Source: a virus
Taxonomy: Duplodnaviria; Caudoviricetes
Strand: one strand, 5' to 3'
Length of the DNA stretch: 63,262 bases
Virus record (IMG/VR): IMGVR_UViG_3300031951_000146
Span: 1 to 63,262 of that record
A program made the translations under genes and the position numbers. Below the pieces are notes generated by a model, which was not told where the DNA came from, did not search any database, and saw nothing but the letters and a program-made list of their open reading frames with translations. Numbering within the stretch: the first letter of the stretch is position 1; each line of letters opens with the position of its first letter. Below, piece after piece: positions 56,119-63,262 of this stretch.

Positions 56119-57848
56119 CAGCTCGATACGTAGCCTGCCCTTTGTGTAAGGCCGAAGGCCGGGACTCCACCGGCAACCACCTCAAGTTGTTCGAGGATGG
56201 AAAGGCGGGGTGGTGTATGAGGGGCCACGGACGGGTGGTGTTGGATGCAGATGGTGACGACGAAGGAGGAGCAAGACGAGTGAGCTACACGAGTAGGCCA
56301 GCCGAGCGAGACACTGCTCTTGAAATGGCACAGATTGCCACGTACAAATGTCTCGCCTACCCTCAACGTAAGATCACAAAGGAGACGATGGAGTTCTTCG
56401 GGGTAAAGACAGCCGTCTCCCCGGAGACAGGCCAACCAGCTGAGCACTACTATCCGGGATATGACGAGTTCGATGTATTGTCCGGGTACAAGTGCCGCAT
56501 CCTCCCCAAAAACTTCGGGGGTAAGGGTGTTATCGGCAAGTACAAAAACTGGGTTGGTTGGAATAAGGTAGTTGGCAGGAAGTTCGTTATCGTGGTGGAG
56601 GGTGAGCAAGATATGCTTGCTTGCCATGAGATGATGAAGGTCTTGAAGCCAGACCGCCCGCCGTACAACGTGTTGTCAGTTCCAAGCGGAGCGCCCGAGC
56701 CCGACGAGAATGGACGGGTCAACCTCGGCAAAGACCTCCGCCTCCTCCTCCCGAAACTGCTTGAGTTTGAGAAGGTGGTGCTGTGTCTTGACATGGATGG
56801 TCCGGGTCGTGCCCTAGCCAATGCCATCGCCGAGTTCTTGTGCTCAACTACAGCCGTGTCAATCGCCTCTCTCCCGGCGAAAGACTCGGCCCAGATGTGG
56901 GAAGAGGGACGAGAGCAAGAGTGGGCCAAGGCAATCAACAACGCTCGGAAGTATGTCACGGCTGACATCGTGACTGCTGCTGATGACCCGGATGAAGTAG
57001 ATGAGCCACTAGTCGAGGGCACTCGGTACTCGTTCCTTCCCCGCACATGTGACAAGCTGCACGGGTTCCGTACTCAAGAGATGACAGGCTGGATTGCCCC
57101 GGAGAACGTCGGTAAGAGTTCGATGATGCGACAGATGATGTATGAGGACTTGGCTCGCGATCCTGATGCCCATGTCGGTGCTATCTTCCTAGAGGAGACA
57201 GCAAAAAAGACGAAGCAAGCCGTGGTGGCGTACCACTGCGGAGTCCCCCTGAACAAGTACCGGGCCAATCCATCATGTGCCGACCCGGTCTTGAAGCAAG
57301 AGGCAAAGAAGTTGCTCTTCCCTCGGATGCACCTGTTCACCCACAAGACACAGACCGTCTCGGATGATTTGATCCTTCGTAAGATCGAATACTTCGTCAA
57401 AGCAATGGGGTGTAAGCGGATATACGTGGACCATTTGAGTTTCGTCGTGTCAGCTATGGACACCAAGGATGAGCGTCGTACCATCGACACGTTCCTTACC
57501 AAACTGGCTCGGTCGGTGGAAGACTGGGACTACTGCCTCAACATCGTCTCTCACATCAAGCGAGGCGAGCGAGAGCAAGCTCGGATGGAGTCGAAGCAGA
57601 AGTACCCGTACTGGGAAATCCTCAAGATGGAGGATGCACGAGGGTCGGGCGGAATCTCCCAGTTGTGTCACAACATGGTAGCTATTGAGCGTGAGGTACT
57701 AGACCCCAACTTGGACAACACACGAGGCCGGGTTCGTACCCGCGTACTCCGTGCCCGAGAGTGGGGGTTCACTGGACTGGGCGATGTGCTGACCTTCAAC
57801 GAGGAAGGGAAGTACGCGCCTATTGTGATAGAAGAATTCGAGTCTTGA
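56115..57848 (+). CDS. T7 gp4-like primase-helicase
   Basis: Zn finger CPLC, TOPRIM VEGEQD and LDMDGPG, Walker A APENVGKS, YVDHL, VSHIKR, RGSGGISQ. Confidence 0.92.
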   Translation: MTARYVACPLCKAEGRDSTGNHLKLFEDGKAGWCMRGHGRVVLDADGDDEGGARRVSYTSRPAERDTALEMAQIATYKCLAYPQRKITKETMEFFGVKTAVSPETGQPAEHYYPGYDEFDVLSGYKCRILPKNFGGKGVIGKYKNWVGWNKVVGRKFVIVVEGEQDMLACHEMMKVLKPDRPPYNVLSVPSGAPEPDENGRVNLGKDLRLLLPKLLEFEKVVLCLDMDGPGRALANAIAEFLCSTTAVSIASLPAKDSAQMWEEGREQEWAKAINNARKYVTADIVTAADDPDEVDEPLVEGTRYSFLPRTCDKLHGFRTQEMTGWIAPENVGKSSMMRQMMYEDLARDPDAHVGAIFLEETAKKTKQAVVAYHCGVPLNKYRANPSCADPVLKQEAKKLLFPRMHLFTHKTQTVSDDLILRKIEYFVKAMGCKRIYVDHLSFVVSAMDTKDERRTIDTFLTKLARSVEDWDYCLNIVSHIKRGEREQARMESKQKYPYWEILKMEDARGSGGISQLCHNMVAIEREVLDPNLDNTRGRVRTRVLRAREWGFTGLGDVLTFNEEGKYAPIVIEEFES

Positions 57849-57873
57849 CAGCAACAGATTAACGGGCTACAAT
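57845..57873 (+). promoter_or_regulatory. Sigma70-type promoter overlapping the helicase stop codon
   Basis: TTGACA-17 nt-TACAAT. Confidence 0.8.
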
Positions 57874-57914
57874 AGAGGAGTCACAGCTGGTGGCAAGACC
57901 TAGGAAGTACACAG

Positions 57915-58526
57915 ATGAAGAACGAAAGCAACGAGCACGGGACCACTGTAGAGAATGGAGAAAGCGCAACCCCGACTACATGCGGGACTACAACCGAAAG
58001 CGAGGAAAGGTGGCTCCCGGTAGTGGGGTATGAGGGGAGATATGAGGCGTCTAATTTCGGAAGGGTTAGGAGTATCAGGCGTAGTCGCATCCACGTTCTG
58101 AGTCCCGCCTACAGTAGCAGCGGGTATCTCTGTGTCGCTTTAAGCGTAGACGGTAGGCAGTCTGTCAGGCTCATCCATCATCTAGTATTAGAGGCATTTG
58201 CTGGTAGACGGCCCACCGGGATGGACGCTTGTCACAACGATGGAGATCCTTTTAATAATGCCATTTCAAATCTGAGGTGGGCTACAAAGAAGGAAAACAT
58301 GCTCGATCGTAAAATACATGGCAGGAACTATGATCGAACAGGCGAGAAGAATGGGAGGGCAGTTCTCTCAGAATCAAGTGTGATTGACATTCTTCGTAGA
58401 CTTAGCCTTGGAGACTCAGTTTCTACTCTAGCGGCTAATCACGGTGTTCATTATTCCACGATTCGCGGGATCAAGAACATCACAACTTGGAAGCATATCC
58501 CGAGAGAGGAGTTCGATCCGCAATGA
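57915..58526 (+). CDS. NUMOD4-HNH homing endonuclease with C-terminal HTH
   Basis: WLPVVGYEGRYEASNFGRVRS; HHLV...CHNDGD..NN..NLRW. Confidence 0.9.
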   Translation: MKNESNEHGTTVENGESATPTTCGTTTESEERWLPVVGYEGRYEASNFGRVRSIRRSRIHVLSPAYSSSGYLCVALSVDGRQSVRLIHHLVLEAFAGRRPTGMDACHNDGDPFNNAISNLRWATKKENMLDRKIHGRNYDRTGEKNGRAVLSESSVIDILRRLSLGDSVSTLAANHGVHYSTIRGIKNITTWKHIPREEFDPQ

Positions 58527-58749
58527 AAGATTTCACAAACCAGATTTACATCTGGACACTAGGCTGTGTTGCCGGAATAGGGATTGGTGTGTTGGCCTAT
58601 GGCTGGGGAGCTGAAAGCCGACTCATCCGCGACTGCTCCATGACAAGAGTCCACATCATCGACAACGACACCCTCATTTCGTGTACCGTCTTGAAGGTGA
58701 ACCGAACCGAGACGCCCATTCAAGATGACAAGAAGCCGGAGATTAGTCT

Positions 58750-59025
58750 ATGAGCAAGCAAACGACCGAGGAAAACTATCGGGTTGTGGTAGAGCCGAGG
58801 CGCTGGCGGTGGGGGGCACTGAAACACGACTTCGACCGCGAGACGTGCGAGTCTATCTTGGAGCAGATCAGGCGCCATGTTGATGATGTTCAAGATTCTT
58901 ATATCTCTTTTGATATAGTCGAAACATGCGAGCACTGTGGCGCAGAGTGGACCGAGGATGATTCAGACTACAATGGTGGCTGCTGTGAGGAAGATCAGGC
59001 AGCTTATGAATCTCGCATCAACTGA
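58750..59025 (+). CDS. Cys-rich hypothetical protein
   Basis: CEHC...CC; RBS. Confidence 0.6.
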   Translation: MSKQTTEENYRVVVEPRRWRWGALKHDFDRETCESILEQIRRHVDDVQDSYISFDIVETCEHCGAEWTEDDSDYNGGCCEEDQAAYESRIN

Positions 59026-59034
59026 GAACATTCC

Positions 59035-59526
59035 ATGAAAACCCGAACAACGCGCTTGACTCTCTCCCACTTCGAGGGTGTCTTTGAGGTAGAGATTATT
59101 GACGAAGGCGCTGGTGAGTACGTATTGGTGAGTTGCGGATTGGATCGTCCTCCCTTTGAGCAAAGCATCTCCATCGACCCCTCCGAGTGGCCTTTCCTCC
59201 GAGACGCTATCGACCGGATGTTTGAGGAGATTGCGGAGAATGAGTCGGAGGGTAAACTCAAGGAACTTCTTGAGACACCGGCACCTTGGGAGAAGGCGAG
59301 CGAAGAGCAGGCAAAGCCGGATGCGGAAGCACCGCAAGGTGCTGCGAGTGGCGGCTGGATTCCTTGGGAGGGTGGGGAGTCTGCACCCGCAGAAGCGGAG
59401 TACAGGCAGGTGTCGGTCCGCCTTCGAGACGGGGTAGTTCCGGCTAAGGAGCAGACCGGGTGGTTGTGGGACTGGACTCACTACGGTAGTGAGAATGACA
59501 TCACCGCCTACAAGGTGGTAGATTGA
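59035..59526 (+). CDS. Hypothetical protein
   Basis: C-terminal GWIPWEGGE...W.W.H...DITAYKV module. Confidence 0.65.
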   Translation: MKTRTTRLTLSHFEGVFEVEIIDEGAGEYVLVSCGLDRPPFEQSISIDPSEWPFLRDAIDRMFEEIAENESEGKLKELLETPAPWEKASEEQAKPDAEAPQGAASGGWIPWEGGESAPAEAEYRQVSVRLRDGVVPAKEQTGWLWDWTHYGSENDITAYKVVD

Positions 59527-60020
59527 TGACCGACCGACGAACCCTAGTCTTTGACGTTGAAGCGGACAATCTTTTGCCGCTCTGTACCACCATCCATGTA
59601 GTCTGTACCAAGCTAGTTGAGACGGGAGAGAAGAAATCCTTCCGGGATCGGGATGAGTTCGTAGCGTATGTACGAGAGGTGTCACCCACCCATGTTGTCT
59701 TTCATAACGGACTAGGCTTCGACCTAGAAGCGCTTGCCCGAGTGTGGGACATCCCTTACACCGTGGGAAGGGATGCCTCTTGGATGGGCTCTCCTGTGGT
59801 GTGGGTGGATACTCTTCTGATCTCCCGGTTCCTGAATGCGGATCGGGTAGGGGGTCACTCGTTGGAATCCTACGGGGAGAGGTTTGGTTTTCCGAAGATT
59901 GACCACAGTGACTTCTCACAGTACACAGAGCAGATGAGAATTTATTGCGAGAGAGACGTGGACCTCACCGAGAAGGTGTTGGAATACTTGGAGCGAGAGA
60001 TGGAGGAATACACGAAATGA
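59526..60020 (+). CDS. DNA polymerase A 3'-5' exonuclease domain (separate gene)
   Basis: ExoI FDVEAD, ExoII FHNGLGFD, HSLESYG, ExoIII YCERDV. Confidence 0.9.
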   Translation: MTDRRTLVFDVEADNLLPLCTTIHVVCTKLVETGEKKSFRDRDEFVAYVREVSPTHVVFHNGLGFDLEALARVWDIPYTVGRDASWMGSPVVWVDTLLISRFLNADRVGGHSLESYGERFGFPKIDHSDFSQYTEQMRIYCERDVDLTEKVLEYLEREMEEYTK

Positions 60021-60325
60021 CTGACCAAGAACTTCTTGAGTACGCCGCGAAGGCGGTGGGACTAGAGGATGCAACCTTTGTAGAAGAGTCCTCTTGGGGC
60101 TGGGGTATTACCCACAAGTACGATGAGTATGATTTGTGGAATCCTCTAGCGAAAAACCGGCATGCGTTCGGGTTGATGGTTGACTTGAACCTCACTGAAA
60201 AGCACAGCTTTTTGGACAAGTTGCACGAAGAGAACGCAACGTGGGCGCCGGATTACAGAAAAGCCCACCGACGAGCCATCGTCCGAGCAGCAGCGGAGAT
60301 CGGGAGGGACATGACTGATGGCTAG
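60017..60325 (+). CDS. Small phage protein between the polymerase halves
   Basis: MTDQELLEYAAKA...WNPL...RRAIVRAAAEIG; ATGA overlap. Confidence 0.75.
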   Translation: MTDQELLEYAAKAVGLEDATFVEESSWGWGITHKYDEYDLWNPLAKNRHAFGLMVDLNLTEKHSFLDKLHEENATWAPDYRKAHRRAIVRAAAEIGRDMTDG

Positions 60326-60509
60326 CTCACCTGAATCGAACTGGCTAGATCAGGCTCCTCGCCCGTGCATCGCACGCATTGTTGATGAATATGAGGATGT
60401 GTTGAACCTTGCAATCACGGCGCGTATCTATGATTCAGAGACTCTCGTGGTAATCCCGGTCCGTCTTCTAGGTGATGTTGCTTTTCGGGAGCGGGGTAGG
60501 AATGGATGA
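60318..60509 (+). CDS. Small hypothetical protein between the polymerase halves
   Basis: Overlaps both neighbours. Confidence 0.5.
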   Translation: MASSPESNWLDQAPRPCIARIVDEYEDVLNLAITARIYDSETLVVIPVRLLGDVAFRERGRNG

Positions 60510-62077
60510 CTCTCGATGAACTTCTAGCGTGGCAACCGTACAAAGTCTTTGAGATGGACTCTTGGTTAATGTCGATTCAGGAGACCTGCGGAATCGGGTT
60601 CGACATCGAAGGGGCTAAGGCTCTTGTCCTTCGTATCGACCGGGAGATGACGGAGATCGCCTCGGAGATTGAACCTCAGCTTCCGCCGAGGCCACTCAAT
60701 AAAGGAGAGGTTGACTCGTGGCGTATCCCGGCGAAGCCGTGGAAGAAGGACGGTACTCTCGCATCTTCGATGGTCAAGTGGATGGAGAGGGTTGGGGCTA
60801 GGTATGTGGGGGTGGAGTACACAGAGCATCCTTCCGTCCTATTGGACGGGAAGATGTACCCGATTGTGGGTGGCTCTCCTACCAAGACTCATGGGCCGAT
60901 GCGGTTGGCGAATCAATCCGACCTCAAGGACTGGCTGATCCGAGAGGGCTGGGTTCCTACTCTCTGGAACTTGAAGAAGGACGAGCGAGGCAAGCCGGTA
61001 CGGGATGACAAGGGTCAAGTCATCCAGACCACCCCGAAGATGCAAGACCAAGGACGACTGTGCCCAAACCTAGAGGAGCTTGCTGGCGAGCTAGTCAAGC
61101 CTGTAGTCAGGTGGTGTAGTCTTCGCAATAGAAAGAGCGTCATCGAAGGGTGGCTTGAGAACAAGCGGCTCGCTTGGGATGGGAGGCTTGGGGCGGGGGC
61201 TAGTTCGATCACACCCACGTTTCGCAAGACCCATGCGGTTGTAGCCAACCTTCCGAAAGCTGATGGTAAGGTAACACTTGGGGTAGAGATTCGTTCTTTG
61301 TTTCGAGCGGCTCGTCCGGGGTATGTGTTCGTGGGCTACGATGCCTCTGGACTGGAGGCCCGAGTTGAGGCACACTACACGTACAACTACCCCGGAGGAA
61401 AGGAGTACGCCCACGAGTTGATTGACGGGGACATTCACACCAACACAGCGGTCAAGATGTTTGCGGAGCAACTGGCTCACTTAGCCCCGGAGGATATTCA
61501 CAAAGATCACCCAGACATCAAGCCGCTACGCAACAAGGCGAAGACGTTGAAGTACGCGGCAAGTTACGGAGCCAGTGCCAAGAAGATTGCCAGTACTCTT
61601 GGTATCCCAGAACGAGAGGGTGAAGAAATCTTCAACGCCTTCTGGGAAGCAGCAGCCCCGCTTGCTACTCTCAAGGAGAGACTGACCGCCCATTGGGAAC
61701 AGAACGGTAAGAAGTGGATTCGGGGATTGGATGGTAGGCGGATCAGTACCCGCTCCAAACACAGTCTGGTCAACAGCCTCTTTCAAAGCGCGGGAGCGCT
61801 GATCTTCTCCTACGCAGGGTTGTTCATGGCTAAGCGTCTTGGGGGCTTGACACATCGAGATGAAGCCGGTACACTTTGCTTCCTCTACAAAGGTCGTCCG
61901 GTCTACCGGGTCGCCGAGTACCACGATGAGAACGTGTACGAAGTACCGGAGGAACTGGCCGAAGAGATCAAGGAACTAGGGGAGCGGAGTCTCTCCGAAG
62001 CAGGGAAGTATTTGAAGGTAAACGTACCGATTCTCGGAGATGGGAAGATCGGTATGACGTGGAGCTGCATCCACTGA
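60506..62077 (+). CDS. polA: Family A DNA polymerase, polymerase domain (Tyr at the E. coli 762-equivalent)
   Basis: Motif A YDASGLEAR, motif B RNKAKTLKYAASYG, motif C YHDE. Confidence 0.93.
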   Translation: MTLDELLAWQPYKVFEMDSWLMSIQETCGIGFDIEGAKALVLRIDREMTEIASEIEPQLPPRPLNKGEVDSWRIPAKPWKKDGTLASSMVKWMERVGARYVGVEYTEHPSVLLDGKMYPIVGGSPTKTHGPMRLANQSDLKDWLIREGWVPTLWNLKKDERGKPVRDDKGQVIQTTPKMQDQGRLCPNLEELAGELVKPVVRWCSLRNRKSVIEGWLENKRLAWDGRLGAGASSITPTFRKTHAVVANLPKADGKVTLGVEIRSLFRAARPGYVFVGYDASGLEARVEAHYTYNYPGGKEYAHELIDGDIHTNTAVKMFAEQLAHLAPEDIHKDHPDIKPLRNKAKTLKYAASYGASAKKIASTLGIPEREGEEIFNAFWEAAAPLATLKERLTAHWEQNGKKWIRGLDGRRISTRSKHSLVNSLFQSAGALIFSYAGLFMAKRLGGLTHRDEAGTLCFLYKGRPVYRVAEYHDENVYEVPEELAEEIKELGERSLSEAGKYLKVNVPILGDGKIGMTWSCIH

Positions 62078-62088
62078 GGAGGTTCCTT

Positions 62089-62622
62089 ATTATAACTCAA
62101 GATGAACTGAAGAGGTTGTTGCACTACTGCCCAGAGACAGGTAGTTTCACTTGGAACGATTCTTGGAACTACAGGGCTAAGGTGAATAATCTGCGGGCCG
62201 GGACTCTGACAAAGGCTGGGTATATTCAGATCAACATCAAGTCAAAGTCTGAACTTGCCCACCGAATTGCATGGCTCTATATGACAGGCTCTTTGCCCAC
62301 AAAATCGCTTGACCACATCGATGGCGATAGGTCAAACAACCGATGGGAAAATCTCCGCGAAGCGACTGCCTCAGAGAATATGAGAAACCGACTTGGACGC
62401 GGCAAGTACAGTAGATTTCTAGGGGTTTCATTTATGAAGGACACAGGTAAGTTCATATCTCAAATGAAAGTCAACGGGAAAACTTCCCTGATCGGGTTCT
62501 TCAGTAGCGATACAGAGGCGTTCGCCGCCTACCTTTGCGAGGTTGCTGAGTTGCAAGACGAGGCTTCTGCGAACATCCTCTACAACCGCCACTTCCCAGA
62601 ACGTAAAGTTGCAATCCACTAA
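62089..62622 (+). CDS. HNH homing endonuclease (probable ATT start)
   Basis: ITQDELKRLLHYCPETGSFTW; AHRIAW, DHIDGDRSNN..NLR. Confidence 0.85.
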   Translation: MITQDELKRLLHYCPETGSFTWNDSWNYRAKVNNLRAGTLTKAGYIQINIKSKSELAHRIAWLYMTGSLPTKSLDHIDGDRSNNRWENLREATASENMRNRLGRGKYSRFLGVSFMKDTGKFISQMKVNGKTSLIGFFSSDTEAFAAYLCEVAELQDEASANILYNRHFPERKVAIH

Positions 62623-62646
62623 ATTTAACACGAGGACACGCCACAC

Positions 62647-63262
62647 ATGGCCTTTACTTTTCAAGCCCCCAAGGGCAACGCTAACGCAACCAACCGCCAG
62701 TCCAATGTGGACTACGATGCTTTGAACGAGCACATCTTCCTGAGCACCACCGCCGGCAAGAAGAAGTCTGTGCCGGGGACCATCTCCGGTATCTACGATC
62801 TGGGTATCCAGAACCGAGAGGACGCCGAGGAAGACTTCAACCCAGCCAAGACCTACCCCGAAGGTCACGAGGTCTACGAGGCGGGCGGTAAGCAGATGGT
62901 TCGTTATCCCCGCAAGCCTTGCCGCATGGTGGCTATCGCGGTGGACTTCCCCCAGTGGCAGGTTGACTACGCCAAGTTCTACCGAGGCGAGTCCAGCCCG
63001 ACTCCGTACCGCATGCTCCTCAACAATACGTGGGGTGTCTGGGATGACGCGGAGCAGAAGAAGGTCCAGACGGTGACGGGCTTCCCCTTGACTCTGATGA
63101 AGGATGACAACGGTACTTGGGGTGTTGCGAAGAACAGCAAGCTTCACGCTCTGGCTGAAGCTACCGATTCATTGGATGCCAATGGCCGTCTCCTCCCCGA
63201 GAATCTTGGTCTCCTGCTTGGCAAGGCGGCTCAGTTTCAGGTGGAGGTGTTGCTCACCCCGA
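62647..63262 (+). CDS. N-terminal part of putative ssDNA-binding protein (continues at 1-607)
   Basis: GAGGA RBS; ATG 62647; frame open to the end of the window and in frame with 35..607. Confidence 0.65.
   Translation, partial: MAFTFQAPKGNANATNRQSNVDYDALNEHIFLSTTAGKKKSVPGTISGIYDLGIQNREDAEEDFNPAKTYPEGHEVYEAGGKQMVRYPRKPCRMVAIAVDFPQWQVDYAKFYRGESSPTPYRMLLNNTWGVWDDAEQKKVQTVTGFPLTLMKDDNGTWGVAKNSKLHALAEATDSLDANGRLLPENLGLLLGKAAQFQVEVLLTP
63039..63262. repeat. Terminal direct repeat, right copy
   Basis: Matches 1-224 with one mismatch. Confidence 0.95.

Overview
The window appears to be a complete, circularly permuted genome of a lytic, podovirus-like dsDNA phage. Bases 1-224 repeat 63039-63262 with one mismatch, giving a unit length of about 63,038 bp. 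The + strand arm (47.2 kb to the end, then 1 to 13.95 kb) carries many small early genes and a T7-like replication and nucleotide module: primase-helicase, a PolA split into separate exonuclease and polymerase genes, an SSB-like protein, class II RNR, a very small DNA ligase, 5'-3' exonuclease, dUTPase, endonuclease I, ThyX, tRNA-Gln, an HD alarmone-hydrolase-like protein and two HNH endonucleases. The - strand arm (46.6 to 14.0 kb) carries tail fibres, endolysin, terminase, portal, an N4-gp56-like capsid, tail proteins, putative ejection proteins (including a 2194-aa HExxH protein), a 2OG-Fe(II) oxygenase, and holin/spanin genes. I saw no integrase, RNA polymerase, reverse transcriptase or CRISPR array. 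The most unusual signals are mostly non-coding: a repeated early-promoter cassette with 10-bp-period boxes and a conserved leader hairpin, a family of C-GAA-G triloop palindromes, a possible terminator/antiterminator switch, a 13-nt match to the 16S rRNA 3' end, and a CsrA-type hairpin. Two proteins also resemble host surface proteins. All calls come from motif recognition by eye; no searches were run.
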